A stretch of DNA of 64,000 nucleotides from Oscillospiraceae bacterium (lineage in GTDB: Bacteria > Bacillota > Clostridia > Oscillospirales > UBA929). Shown here in pieces: positions 34,292-44,221 of this stretch. The stretch covers positions 2,315 through 66,314 of the forward strand of contig JAVBPM010000005.1 in assembly GCA_031549605.1 (NCBI GenBank). Direction: 5' to 3'. The first letter of the stretch is position 1; every line of letters begins with the position of its first letter. Position numbers and translations under genes: made by a program. The notes beneath the pieces are model-generated. The model did no database searches. It was not told the DNA's origin and was given only the letters and a program-made list of their open reading frames with translations.

Positions 34292-34595
34292 AGGACCGTG
34301 CCGGCCGGCACGGTCCTCAGACTGTCAAAAAAGCGCGCACCGTAAAACCACAGCGCCAGAAAAAAGAGGGAGCGGCGACGTAAGGCGGCGTTTTACTGCT
34401 CGGCTAATGATTTGCGGCGCATCGACAAGGTCGCTGCGCCGCAATGGTTTTACTTGATGCAGAAACGCTGTCCTTGCGTACCATCGTGCGCCGACGGACA
34501 GCGTTTCGTTGCCTGCGCACTTCTTTGTCAGTCTGTCAGCATGCCAAAAAACAAGTTTTTTGACGCGCTGAGGACCGTGCCGCCGGCACGGTCCT
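34292..34595 (+). mobile_element. MITE-like non-coding element, copy 2 (core 34318-34570) with flanking duplicated 25/26-bp terminator hairpin
   Basis: Same ends and internal hairpins as copy 1. Flanked by AGGACCGTGCCGGCCGGCACGGTCCT (34292-34317) and AGGACCGTGCCGCCGGCACGGTCCT (34571-34595). Confidence 0.7.
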
Positions 34596-34618
34596 TTTCG
34601 TTAGGCAACCGTTGGTTG

Positions 34619-36298
34619 CTATTCCATTTCTTCTACGGCGGCAATGTAGTTGTCAATATTCAGCCGCGGTGACAGGATGTAAAACTTGATTTTGGGCTCG
34701 GTGCCGGACGGGCGCACCAGTGTGGTCACGCCGTCGGCCGTTGTGAAGCCCAGCACGTCGGAGCCGGACAGCTCGATGGGCGTTGTGCTGCCGTCAGCGG
34801 CAATGGCCACGCCGGCGAGGTAGTCGGTCTTGGTCACGACGTCGACACCGGCAAACTGCGCCGTGTGCTCGTTGCGCAGCCGTTCCATCAACTGCTGCAT
34901 CTTGGTCAGGCCGTCGAGCCCGGGCATGATTTTGTTGATTGTCTTTTCGGTGTAGCGGCCATACTTGTCATACAGCGCCTCGAGCGCGTCGCTGAGCGTC
35001 ATGCCCTGACCGGCGTACCAATGGGCCATTTCAACAATCAGCAGCGATGCCGTAACGGCGTCCTTGTCGCGGCAAAAATCGCCGGCCATGTAACCGTAGG
35101 ACTCCTCAAAGCCAAGCAACAGTTTGTTTTTATCCTTGTTTTGTTCCATTTTCTCGGCAATGAACTTAAAGCCGGTGAAGGTGCGGAACAAGTCCACGCC
35201 ATGCTCGGCGGCAACGGCATCGACCATTTTGGTGCTGACGACGGTGGTAATGATGCAGGCGTCGGACGCCAGTGTGCCCGTCTCTTTGCGAGCGCGGATG
35301 AGGTAGTCGCAGAGCAGCACGCCGGTTTGGTTGCCGCTCAACGCGATGTATTCGCCGCGGCTGTCATGCACGACGACACCGACACGGTCGGCATCGGGGT
35401 CAGTGCCGATGATGACGTCAACACCCTTGGCCTGCGCCTGCGCTACGGCCAGCGAGAAGGACTCAAGGTTCTCGGGATTGGGGGAGGCGACGGTGGGAAA
35501 GCTGCCATCGGGCACAGCCTGCGCCTCGACCAGCGATACGCCGGTGTAGCCGGCCTCGCGCAGCACCTGCGGCACAAGAGCGTAGCCGGCGCCGTGAAAG
35601 GGCGTGTAGACGATGCTCAGCTGGCGCTGCGGCGGCTGCGGAAAAACACGCTGGGCCAGCGCGCAGTCGAGAAAGGCACGGTCGACGGCGGCGTCTAGCA
35701 CCGTAATAGTGCCATCGGCGACGGCGGCATCGTAATCGGTCGTTTTGGCGCCGCTAAAGATGTCGAGTGCGGCCATTTCGGCGGCGACCTTGTCGGCGTG
35801 GTGCGGCGGCAACTGGGCACCGTCCTGCCAGTAGACCTTGTAACCGTTATATTCGCGGGGATTATGCGAGGCCGTGATGTTAATACCGGCCGTGGCGCCA
35901 AAATAGCGGATAGCAAAAGAAACCTGCGGCGTGGGGCAGAGGTTGGCAAACAGTTTGACGGTAATGCCGCTGGCGGCCAGCACACAGGCGGCTTCGCGCG
36001 CGAAGAGCTGGCTGTTTTCGCGGCAGTCGTATCCGATAATGACGCCGGCGTCGCAGGCTTGTCGACCCTCGGCGACGATGAGGTTGGCCAGCCCCTGTGT
36101 GGCTTGGCGCACGACATAGCTGTTCATGCGGTGCAGTCCGGGGCCCATAACACCGCGCAGGCCGGCCGTGCCGAAGGACAGCGGCGCGTAAAAACGGGCC
36201 TTGATTTCACCCTCGTCAAGCTGGCGCAGCTCCTCGCGCTCGGCCTCGGTGATGACAGGGCTGTTGAGCCACTGTTGGTATGCTTCTTGTCCGATCAT
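34619..36298 (-). CDS. pgcA: phosphoglucomutase / phosphomannomutase family (PgcA-like)
   Basis: Active-site TASHNPREYNGYK. 559 aa. Confidence 0.9.
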   Translation of the reverse strand: MIGQEAYQQWLNSPVITEAEREELRQLDEGEIKARFYAPLSFGTAGLRGVMGPGLHRMNSYVVRQATQGLANLIVAEGRQACDAGVIIGYDCRENSQLFAREAACVLAASGITVKLFANLCPTPQVSFAIRYFGATAGINITASHNPREYNGYKVYWQDGAQLPPHHADKVAAEMAALDIFSGAKTTDYDAAVADGTITVLDAAVDRAFLDCALAQRVFPQPPQRQLSIVYTPFHGAGYALVPQVLREAGYTGVSLVEAQAVPDGSFPTVASPNPENLESFSLAVAQAQAKGVDVIIGTDPDADRVGVVVHDSRGEYIALSGNQTGVLLCDYLIRARKETGTLASDACIITTVVSTKMVDAVAAEHGVDLFRTFTGFKFIAEKMEQNKDKNKLLLGFEESYGYMAGDFCRDKDAVTASLLIVEMAHWYAGQGMTLSDALEALYDKYGRYTEKTINKIMPGLDGLTKMQQLMERLRNEHTAQFAGVDVVTKTDYLAGVAIAADGSTTPIELSGSDVLGFTTADGVTTLVRPSGTEPKIKFYILSPRLNIDNYIAAVEEME

Positions 36299-36711
36299 GT
36301 TGTCTCCTCCGATTCTTCAAAGACGGGCGGGGCATTGAGCAGTTCGAGCGCCTCTTCGTGCCGGCTCTGCGGCACAAAGACGTCGAATTCAAAGCGGTTT
36401 TGCCAAGTGCCGCCGAGGTAGATTTTGGAAATCTCGGTATCGCGCGGGGCTGGCACAAACGTGGCGATGCCCATGGCGTCCAGCATACCGCGCAACGCGT
36501 CGAGGCGCATGTTAATGTTGTCCATGCTGGTCAGCAATGCCGGCGTTTCGGGCTCGTTGTCGTCGCCATTGGGCCAGTCGCCCAGCACGTTGGTCGGCGA
36601 CACCTGCTGCCAGTCGCTTGGCTCGGTCGGCTGGGGCAGAGGCTCATCGCAATAGGGACACTTCTCCGGCCAATCGGCCAATAAGGCTTGACCGTGTGGG
36701 CAGCGATCCAT
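36295..36711 (-). CDS. small zinc-ribbon protein with a DUF2007-like C-terminal domain
   Basis: MDRCPHGQ...CPYCDEP zinc ribbon. ATGA-type overlap with pgcA. Confidence 0.55.
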   Translation of the reverse strand: MDRCPHGQALLADWPEKCPYCDEPLPQPTEPSDWQQVSPTNVLGDWPNGDDNEPETPALLTSMDNINMRLDALRGMLDAMGIATFVPAPRDTEISKIYLGGTWQNRFEFDVFVPQSRHEEALELLNAPPVFEESEETT

Positions 36712-36723
36712 GGGAAATCCCTC

Positions 36724-37146
36724 CTATTTATGGTATGCGCGCCCGTCGCGAATCATAAAGGCGCGGTAGATTTGCTCTAGCAGTATGGCACGCGCCATGT
36801 GGTGCGGAAAGGTCATAGGCGACAGCGACAACCGCCAGTCGGCGCGGCGCTTGTCCTGCTCGAACAGGCCGTCGGAGCCACCGATGAGAAAACGCCACTT
36901 GGAGTGACCGCTGTCGGCTTTTTGCCAAAAGGTGTCGGCAAACCGCTGGCTGGTCAGCAGCTCACCCTCAATGCAAAGTGCCACCGTAAAAGCGCGGTCG
37001 TCGGGCAGCGTCAGCGGCCTACCCTCCGGCTGCTCTTGGACAGACAGCTTGCAGCTGGTGGACAGTCGCTTGCTATACTCCTTGCAGGCATCGCCCCAAA
37101 AGGCTTCTTTCAGCTTTCCGGCGCAGACAATCTCAACAGTCAGCAT
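36724..37146 (-). CDS. rlmH: 23S rRNA (pseudouridine1915-N3)-methyltransferase RlmH (SPOUT)
   Basis: 140 aa. IGGSDG...LSLSPMTFPHHMARAILLEQIYRA C-terminal knot motif. Confidence 0.85.
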   Translation of the reverse strand: MLTVEIVCAGKLKEAFWGDACKEYSKRLSTSCKLSVQEQPEGRPLTLPDDRAFTVALCIEGELLTSQRFADTFWQKADSGHSKWRFLIGGSDGLFEQDKRRADWRLSLSPMTFPHHMARAILLEQIYRAFMIRDGRAYHK

Positions 37147-37912
37147 AGAGACTCACCGGCTCGCAGGGCTCGGAACGGGGCGCAACCTGCAGTTGCACAT
37201 CTTGCCCCACAACAACTCCATGGTTGTTCAGCAGTGCTTCCGTGGTGGCGAAGGCCAGTTCCGGTCGGTTGTTGTCCTTGGACAGGTGCATAAGTACCAG
37301 GCTGCGCAACTTACGGTTGACACAGGCCAGCGCCGCTTGGGCGCAGTCGTAATTGGACAAATGGCCAAGTGAACCGGCGATGCGCTTTTTCAGAAAGGGC
37401 GGGTACCGGCCGGTAGACAGCAGCTGCTCGTCGTAGTTGGACTCGAGGAACAGCACAGGGATGTCGGCGAGCAATGACAGCACATCGGGCGGCATGTAAC
37501 CCATGTCGGTGGCCAGCGCCATGCGGTAAGCGCCCTGCTGCAGTACATAGCCGACGCTGTCGGGCGTGTCGTGCGGCGTGGCGAAGGGTGTAATGACAAC
37601 ATCGTTGACGGCAAAGGCATTGCCGGCCGCGATCAGCTGCGGCGTACCGGGCAGCCGCGCGCTGGTGCCCAGCGTGGCGTAGACAGGAATGTGCTTGGGC
37701 AGCGCCGGCAGCGCCTGTATGTGGTCGCTGTGCTCATGCGTAATCAACACGGCCGAAAGGTCGTAAGCTGACAGTGAAAAACGAGCCAGCGCCTTGGACA
37801 AGGCGCGGCCCGAAAGTCCTGCGTCAAGCAGGATATGGGTCTTTCCGTCGGAAAACAGTGTGGCATTTCCGGCCGAACTGCTGGCTAGCGTGCAGGCGAA
37901 CGGCTGCGTCAC
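37133..37912 (-). CDS. MBL-fold metallo-hydrolase, WalJ/YycJ-like
   Basis: HEHSDH metal motif. 259 aa. The adjacency to rlmH is as in the Bacillus walJ region. Confidence 0.8.
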   Translation of the reverse strand: MTQPFACTLASSSAGNATLFSDGKTHILLDAGLSGRALSKALARFSLSAYDLSAVLITHEHSDHIQALPALPKHIPVYATLGTSARLPGTPQLIAAGNAFAVNDVVITPFATPHDTPDSVGYVLQQGAYRMALATDMGYMPPDVLSLLADIPVLFLESNYDEQLLSTGRYPPFLKKRIAGSLGHLSNYDCAQAALACVNRKLRSLVLMHLSKDNNRPELAFATTEALLNNHGVVVGQDVQLQVAPRSEPCEPVSLYADC

Positions 37913-39201
37913 GGTGCGGCCGTGGCGGTCGTTTGCTCCTCCTCCGCCTCCTCAATGCGTTGGATATGCGCGCCGACGGCGGTCAGCTTGCCAATCATGT
38001 CCTCGTAGCCGCGCTCAATTTGATAGACGTCGGTGACGGTGGTGGTGCCCCAGGCGGCCAGGCCCGAGATGACCATGGCGGCGCCGGCGCGCAGGTCACA
38101 GGCCTGCACCGGTGCGCCGGTGAGACGCGGCACGCCGCTGATGTGTGCGACGCGGCCATCAATCTTAATGTCAGCGCCCATGCGGCGCAATTCGTTGACG
38201 TAACGATAGCGGTTTTCCCACACGCGCTCGGTAATCATAGACTCGCCGCCGGCGATGGCCAACAGTGCGCCGATTTGCGGGTTCATATCGGTGGGAAAGC
38301 CGGGGTAGGGCATAGTTTTGACGTTGGTGGCGGTCAAGGGCTTGTCGCGGCGCACGATGATGGCGTCGTCCAGCTCCTCGATGTCCACGCCCATCTCCAG
38401 CAACTTGACGCTGATGCACTCCAGATGCTTGGGGATGACATTGTTGATTTTTAGCTCGCCGCCGGTTGCGGCTACGGCGGTCATGTAGGTGCCGGCCTCG
38501 ATTTGGTCGGGGATGACCGAGTAGTTGCGCGCCTCCAGCTCCGATGTGCCGTGGATTTTAATGACGTCGGTACCGGCGCCGCGCACTTCGGCGCCGCAAT
38601 AATTGAGAAAGTTAGCCAAATCGACAATGTGAGGCTCTTTTCCGGCGTTGTCAATGACAGTTGTGCCGGGCGCCAGTACGGCGGCCAGCATGATGTTGAT
38701 GGTAGCGCCAACCGAGCCGCTATCCAAGTATACGGTGCCGCCCGTCAGTGTTTCGGCCTCAGCGACAATAGAGTCGCCGCTGACGTCGACAACGGCTCCC
38801 AGCGCCGAAAAACCCTTGATGTGCTGGTCGATGGGCCGTACGCCGAAGTCGCAACCGCCCGGCATGGCCACCTCAGCGCGGTGGAAGCGCCCCAAACAGG
38901 CGCCGACCAGATAGTAGCTGGCCCGAATACGGCGCGCCAGCTCAAAAGGCGCGACATGCGAATTGGCGTAGTCGGCGTTGAACTCGTAGCAGTTGTTGTC
39001 AATTTTTGCGATTTTGACGCCCATGCCGCGCATAATCTCAATGATTGTGCGGACGTCATGTACGTCGGGAATATTGTCAATGCGGCAGGTGCCCTTCAAC
39101 AGAAGGGTTGCCGGTAAAATGGCCAAAGCCGCGTTTTTTGCACCGCTTATGGTGATGGCACCCTTCAGCTGAAAGCCACCCTCGATGCTGTAATAAACCA
39201 C
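37909..39201 (-). CDS. murA: UDP-N-acetylglucosamine 1-carboxyvinyltransferase
   Basis: 430 aa. GAKNAALAILPA..., GGCDFGVRPID (active-site Cys loop), PGFPTDM. Confidence 0.95.
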   Translation of the reverse strand: MVYYSIEGGFQLKGAITISGAKNAALAILPATLLLKGTCRIDNIPDVHDVRTIIEIMRGMGVKIAKIDNNCYEFNADYANSHVAPFELARRIRASYYLVGACLGRFHRAEVAMPGGCDFGVRPIDQHIKGFSALGAVVDVSGDSIVAEAETLTGGTVYLDSGSVGATINIMLAAVLAPGTTVIDNAGKEPHIVDLANFLNYCGAEVRGAGTDVIKIHGTSELEARNYSVIPDQIEAGTYMTAVAATGGELKINNVIPKHLECISVKLLEMGVDIEELDDAIIVRRDKPLTATNVKTMPYPGFPTDMNPQIGALLAIAGGESMITERVWENRYRYVNELRRMGADIKIDGRVAHISGVPRLTGAPVQACDLRAGAAMVISGLAAWGTTTVTDVYQIERGYEDMIGKLTAVGAHIQRIEEAEEEQTTATAAP

Positions 39202-39349
39202 GATTGCTGCACCTCATTTGTATTGGCGCACGGACGCACCATAATACGTGTATTATAGCACCTTTCTAAACGCAAATCAAAGGTTTTTTTCTCGAATGAA
39301 AAATTGGTTGGCGGTTTGCCGGTTATGTAGGCCGCAACAGCGGCCATTG

Positions 39350-39553
39350 CTAGAAATCTTCAACCTCTCGGCGTTCGCGGAAGAGCAGCGAGATACACCA
39401 TACACCGGCCAACGCGACCACTGTGTATACGATGCGGCTCAAGGTTGCCGTCTGGCCACCAAAAATCGCTCCTACGAGGTCGGTCTTGAATAGCCCGATG
39501 CTACCCCAGTTCAGCGCACCAATGATGGTGAGCACCAATGCAAAACGATCCAC
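39350..39553 (-). CDS. DUF378 small membrane protein
   Basis: IGALNWGSIGLF motif. GTG 39553 behind AAGGAG; the ORF-track start is probably too long. Confidence 0.7.
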   Translation of the reverse strand: MDRFALVLTIIGALNWGSIGLFKTDLVGAIFGGQTATLSRIVYTVVALAGVWCISLLFRERREVEDF

Positions 39554-39705
39554 GGAGTACACTCCTTCTTTTTCGATTTGCGCGCGATGGGCGCATGAAA
39601 CGAAATGTTTCAGGCATAGTATCGTCATTTGCTTTCGCTAGTATGTATAGCAACGCTGTTCAATCATTTCCATTGTCGGCATGCTCCTTTTGAAAAATGG
39701 CGCAA

Positions 39706-39740
39706 AAAAAGCAGGGCACGCTGCCCTGCTTAAAAAACGG
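39706..39740 (-). terminator. rho-independent terminator of the V-type ATPase operon
   Basis: Minus-strand GCAGGGCAGCGTGCCCTGC followed by TTTTTTT, just after the subunit D stop. Confidence 0.8.
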
Positions 39741-39745
39741 ATGTG

Positions 39746-40351
39746 CTAGGCTTGCTGGCGTTTGATGACCTTGAGTCGGACAAACTCCTCGCGCTCTTTT
39801 TCCTCCAACGCATCGGTGATGAATTTTACTGAGTTGTTAAAGTTGGGAATAATGATATTTTGCAACGCATTGGCGCGTTTTTGCGTCTTCTTGATGGCGT
39901 AGGCGAGTCTATAAATAGAGGTTTCGGTCTCGGCCAGCTGCTGGGTCAGCAGTTTGACTTGATGAAACTGTGCGGCGGCCTCGTCGAGCATCGAGTTGGA
40001 GAAGGCAAAGCCGTATTCCATGACCGGCGGCGCATCGGAGGCCGCAACGGCTGGGATTTCCACGCCCATAACGCTGCGGAAGCGGATGGCCACGCTGTCA
40101 TCGACGCGTACCGACTGCGACAGCTCCTCGGTGATGCCGATGGTGATGTTGGCCATTTGCAGTGCCGCGTAAGCCTTTTCAAAGGTGCCGGCTATGCGTG
40201 TTTGCAGTTCTCCCGCCTCGTCGATGAGCGACATCATCTCGCGTATGAGAATATTGCGCTTGCGGTCCATCAGGTCGTAGCCCAGCTCGGCCAGTGCCAG
40301 CGAGCGCTTGATGGCCATTAAATTGCCCTTGGTTGGTATGACTTGTGCCAC
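39746..40351 (-). CDS. ntpD: V/A-type ATP synthase subunit D
   Basis: 201 aa. MAQVIPTKGNLMAIKRSLALAELGYDLMDRKRNILIRE is the typical subunit D N-terminus. Confidence 0.9.
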   Translation of the reverse strand: MAQVIPTKGNLMAIKRSLALAELGYDLMDRKRNILIREMMSLIDEAGELQTRIAGTFEKAYAALQMANITIGITEELSQSVRVDDSVAIRFRSVMGVEIPAVAASDAPPVMEYGFAFSNSMLDEAAAQFHQVKLLTQQLAETETSIYRLAYAIKKTQKRANALQNIIIPNFNNSVKFITDALEEKEREEFVRLKVIKRQQA

Positions 40352-40389
40352 GCTGGCTCACCTCCTCGCCTTTGCGCTGTGATGGGGTA

Positions 40390-41787
40390 CTATACGCCGC
40401 GTAGCGCCAGACCGGCGGCCTCGGTGTAGTATTTTTTCAACAAAACGGCGTCAATGCGGTCAAGCTCTTCCTTGGGAAGGATGGACAACAGCTGCCACCC
40501 GATTTCCAGCGTCTGGTCAATGCTGCGGTTTTCCTCACGACCCTGCTGCACGAAGTTTGCCTCGAACAGCCGGCCGAATTCCATGTACTTACGGTCGATG
40601 GCCGACAGCTCTTCTTCGCCGATGACGCTGGCCAGCGAGCGCGCCTCCTGCACCTTGGCGTAGCAGGAGAACAGCTGGTTGGACAGGCTGGGGTGATCCT
40701 CGCGGGTATAGCCTTTGCCGATGCCGTCCTTCATCAGACGCGACAGCGACGGCAGTACCGAGATGGACGGATAGGTACCGCGGTTGTCCAGATCACGGTC
40801 GAGCACGATTTGCCCCTCGGTGATGTAACCCGTCAGGTCGGGGATGGGGTGGGTGATGTCATCGTTGGGCATGGTGAGCACCGGCACCTGCGTAACGCTG
40901 CCCGGTAGCCCCTCAATCATACCGGCGCGCTCGTAGAGCGACGCCAGATCGGAGTACAAATAGCTGGGATAGCCCTTGCGGCTGGGAATTTCGCCCTTGG
41001 ATGACGAAAATTCGCGCAACGCCTCGCAGTAGCTGGTCATGTCGGTCATGATGACAAGCACGTGATAGCCGTGCTTGAAGGCCAGATACTCGGCGGCGGT
41101 CAGCGCGCAGCGCGGCGTGAGTATGCGCTCAATGATGGGGTCGCTGGCCAGATTCATAAACATACAGACGCGCTGCAAGGCGCCCGACTCCTCAAAGTCG
41201 CGGCGGAAGAACTCGGCCGTGTCGTTCTTGACGCCCATGGCGGCAAAGACGATGGCAAAGTCGGCGTTGGTGTCGGCGACGCTGGCCTGACGCACCATCT
41301 GCGCCGCCAGCTCGTTGTGCTTCATGCCCGAGCCGCTGAAAATGGGCAGCTTTTGGCCGCGAATCAGCGTCGACATGCCGTCGATAGCCGAAAGGCCGGT
41401 ATAAATGCAGCTGCGCGGGTAGAGACGCGACACGGGGTTGATGGCCGCGCCGTTGATGTTGCGCTGCTCGTCGGGCAGCAGTTCGCCCAGCCCGTCGATG
41501 GGCGTGCCAGAGCCGCTGAACACACGGCCCAGCATGTCCTTGGACAGCGCCAGCTCCATCGGTCGGCCGGTGAAGCGGGTGCGTGTATTTTCCAGACTGA
41601 TGTTCTTCGTGCCCTCGAAGAGCTGCACAACAACACGGTCTCCGTCGATGAGGATAACGCGGCCCTTGCGGCGCTCGCCGTTGTCGAGTGTGACCTCGGC
41701 CATTTCCTCATAGCTGACGCCGGTGACCTTTTCCAGCACAATCAGGGGTCCGCTGACCTCCTGCAGGCCCATATATTCGAGACGCAT
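40390..41787 (-). CDS. ntpB: V/A-type ATP synthase subunit B
   Basis: 465 aa. Non-catalytic beta-like subunit motifs GQKLPIFSGSG ... SYLYSDLASLYERAG. Confidence 0.95.
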   Translation of the reverse strand: MRLEYMGLQEVSGPLIVLEKVTGVSYEEMAEVTLDNGERRKGRVILIDGDRVVVQLFEGTKNISLENTRTRFTGRPMELALSKDMLGRVFSGSGTPIDGLGELLPDEQRNINGAAINPVSRLYPRSCIYTGLSAIDGMSTLIRGQKLPIFSGSGMKHNELAAQMVRQASVADTNADFAIVFAAMGVKNDTAEFFRRDFEESGALQRVCMFMNLASDPIIERILTPRCALTAAEYLAFKHGYHVLVIMTDMTSYCEALREFSSSKGEIPSRKGYPSYLYSDLASLYERAGMIEGLPGSVTQVPVLTMPNDDITHPIPDLTGYITEGQIVLDRDLDNRGTYPSISVLPSLSRLMKDGIGKGYTREDHPSLSNQLFSCYAKVQEARSLASVIGEEELSAIDRKYMEFGRLFEANFVQQGREENRSIDQTLEIGWQLLSILPKEELDRIDAVLLKKYYTEAAGLALRGV

Positions 41788-41799
41788 GGCGGTCCCTCC

Positions 41800-43563
41800 C
41801 TATCGGTTGGCGGCCAGAATCTGGTCTACCGTTTTATCAATGTCGGTCTTATACTCATCCAGCAGCTGTAGCTGGTCGTTGGGTACGTCGTACTTGATAC
41901 GAATCAGCTTGTCGAGCAGCTCGGTGGATTTAAGCGTGTTCATGGGAATGTTGTTGTCGACCAGCTGCTTGGCGCGGTCGAATAACTGCATATACAGCTC
42001 CATCATCTTGAGCTGCTTGTCCAACGGCACATAGGTGTCGGTGGCGTGATAGGCGTTTTGCTGCAGGAAGCCGAGGCGCACGACACGCGCTACCTCGATA
42101 ATCAGTTTTTGGTCCTCGGGCAGGATGTCGCTACCGATGAGCTTGACGATTTCGTTTAGTTTGGACTCCTCTTGCAATAGGCGCGAAATGCGCTGTCGTA
42201 GCTCGGCAAATTCCTGGCCGTAACGCTGCTGATACCACGGCAACAGCTCGTCGAAATACTCGGAGTAGGAGGTAATCCAGTTGATGGCCGGGAAGTGGCG
42301 TGCGTAGGCCAGACTGCGGTCGAGCGCCCAGAAGCAGCGAATAAAACGCTTGGTGTTCTGCGTAACCGGCTCGGAGAAGTCGCCGCCCTGCGGGCTGACG
42401 GCGCCGATAACGGTGACGCTGCCCTCGGTGCCGCTCTTGGTCTCCATGTAGCCGGCGCGCTCGTAAAACTCGGCCAACCGCGACGACAGATAGGCGGGGT
42501 AGCCCTCCTCGGCGGGCATTTCCTCGAGTCGGCCGGAAATCTCGCGCAGCGCCTCGGCCCAGCGGGAGGTCGAATCGGCCATGATGGCAACGTGATAGCC
42601 CATGTCACGGAAGTACTCGGCCACCGTCATGCCGGTGTAAATGGACGCTTCACGCGCGGCGACCGGCATATTGGAGGTATTGGCAATCAGTACGGTGCGG
42701 CCCATCAGCGGCTTGCCCGTCTTGGGGTCGAGCAGCTCAGAGAACTCCTCAAGCACCTGCGTCATCTCGTTGCCGCGCTCGCCGCAGCCGAGGTAGACAA
42801 TGATGTCGGCGTCCGACCACTTGGCCAGCTGGTGCTGGGTGATGGTCTTGCCGGCGCCGAACGGGCCGGGCACGGCGGCACAGCCGCCCTTGGCGATGGG
42901 AAAAAGCGTATCAATGATGCGCTGGCCGGTAATCAGCGGTCGGTCGATGGGCAGACGCTTGTCGACCGGGCGCGGCTTGCGGATGGGCCAACGCTGGCAG
43001 AGCGTTAACGTAAAGGTCTCGCCCTTGTCGTTTTGCACCTCGGCCACGACGTCGGTAACTGCATAGTCACCGTCAGGCTTGGCGCTGATGACCTTGCCGC
43101 CGGCGCCGATGGGTACGAGCAGACGGTGGGTCACGGCCTCGGTCTCCACGCAGGTGGCGTAGACTTGGCCGTCCTTGACCTCGTCGCCGGTCTTTATGGT
43201 CATCTTGACCGGCCATTTCTTTTGGTTGTCGAGCGAATCAATGTTGAGTCCGCGAGCGATGAACATACCGCTCTTCTCGGCAATTACGCGCAGCGGACGG
43301 GCGATACCGTCAAAAATGTTGTTGAGCAGGCCGGGGCCAAGCAGCACAGACATCGGGCCGCCGGTCGGGATGACCGGTTGTCCCGGCATCAGGCCGGTTG
43401 TGTCCTCATATACCTGCACAATGGTATCGTCGCCATGCACGCCAACGACCTCGCCAATCAAACGGTCGTCGCCGACATAGACCATTTCCATCATGGTCAG
43501 TCCGCGGCCACCGGTGACGGTAACAACAGGCCCGTTGACGCCTTGTACGCTATAGAGCGGCAT
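41800..43563 (-). CDS. ntpA: V/A-type ATP synthase catalytic subunit A
   Basis: Walker A GPFGAGKT, ...ADSTSRWAEALREISGRLEEMP. Start at ATG 43563 behind GAGGTGA; the ORF-track start overlaps subunit E. Confidence 0.95.
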   Translation of the reverse strand: MPLYSVQGVNGPVVTVTGGRGLTMMEMVYVGDDRLIGEVVGVHGDDTIVQVYEDTTGLMPGQPVIPTGGPMSVLLGPGLLNNIFDGIARPLRVIAEKSGMFIARGLNIDSLDNQKKWPVKMTIKTGDEVKDGQVYATCVETEAVTHRLLVPIGAGGKVISAKPDGDYAVTDVVAEVQNDKGETFTLTLCQRWPIRKPRPVDKRLPIDRPLITGQRIIDTLFPIAKGGCAAVPGPFGAGKTITQHQLAKWSDADIIVYLGCGERGNEMTQVLEEFSELLDPKTGKPLMGRTVLIANTSNMPVAAREASIYTGMTVAEYFRDMGYHVAIMADSTSRWAEALREISGRLEEMPAEEGYPAYLSSRLAEFYERAGYMETKSGTEGSVTVIGAVSPQGGDFSEPVTQNTKRFIRCFWALDRSLAYARHFPAINWITSYSEYFDELLPWYQQRYGQEFAELRQRISRLLQEESKLNEIVKLIGSDILPEDQKLIIEVARVVRLGFLQQNAYHATDTYVPLDKQLKMMELYMQLFDRAKQLVDNNIPMNTLKSTELLDKLIRIKYDVPNDQLQLLDEYKTDIDKTVDQILAANR

Positions 43564-43594
43564 TGCTTTCACCTCAAATCGTGTGGATAAAGAA

Positions 43595-44203
43595 TTACTC
43601 GGCGTCTGGCTGGACACTGCCCAGCAACGCGTAGAAGCGCTGGTTCAGCGCCAGATAACGGGTGTCAAAGGTGTCATCGACCTGCCAGCCTTTGGCGGGG
43701 CACTGACACAACAGTCCGCCCAGCTTAAAGCTGCCTTCAAAAAAAGACAGCTCGGCGCCCGGCAGCGCCGCTTGCAGCTGCGCTGTTTTGTCCATGTCGC
43801 GGGCGCATAGGTAAACGTGGATGGGGTCATTGCCAAACGCCTTGTGGATTTTCTTGAGCGTTTCAATCAGCGCGCTGACGTAGTCGGGCGTGGCCGTATA
43901 CTGCGCCAGCTTGGCGTCGACGTCGGCCTTGCTCTGCTCAAACATACGCTGCTGCAACGCGTGCAGCTCCCGCTTGTTTTCCAGCATCTTGTGGCTGACG
44001 CTGCGGCGCATCTCGGTGCGCAGGCGGCTGACCTCGTTTTTGATATAGCGGTAGGTCTCGTTGAGGTACTCGTCCTCGGCAGCCGTCATTTGCTGCTGGC
44101 TTTCGGCCTGAACCTCTTCCATGACCTTAGAGGCCAGCGCGGCGGCCTCGGCGCTGATGGCCGAAGTAAAAAAGGATAGCTTTTCGTCGGCGTGAGACGT
44201 CAT
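43595..44203 (-). CDS. ntpE: V/A-type ATP synthase subunit E
   Basis: 202 aa. Long N-terminal coiled coil plus a globular C-terminus. Lies between F and A. Confidence 0.75.
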   Translation of the reverse strand: MTSHADEKLSFFTSAISAEAAALASKVMEEVQAESQQQMTAAEDEYLNETYRYIKNEVSRLRTEMRRSVSHKMLENKRELHALQQRMFEQSKADVDAKLAQYTATPDYVSALIETLKKIHKAFGNDPIHVYLCARDMDKTAQLQAALPGAELSFFEGSFKLGGLLCQCPAKGWQVDDTFDTRYLALNQRFYALLGSVQPDAE

Positions 44204-44221
44204 TGCGGCTGCACCTCCTTA

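Noticed and set aside
34412-34672. Conserved small ORF inside the repeated element (MRRIDKVAAPQWFYL.QKRCP…; also 4561-4776 and 59096-59539)
   Set aside because: Conservation is explained by nucleotide identity of the element. The starts differ or are TTG without an RBS. The frames run through the TIR into unrelated flanks and lie on stem-loop-forming sequence. A micro-protein cannot be fully excluded without ribosome profiling.
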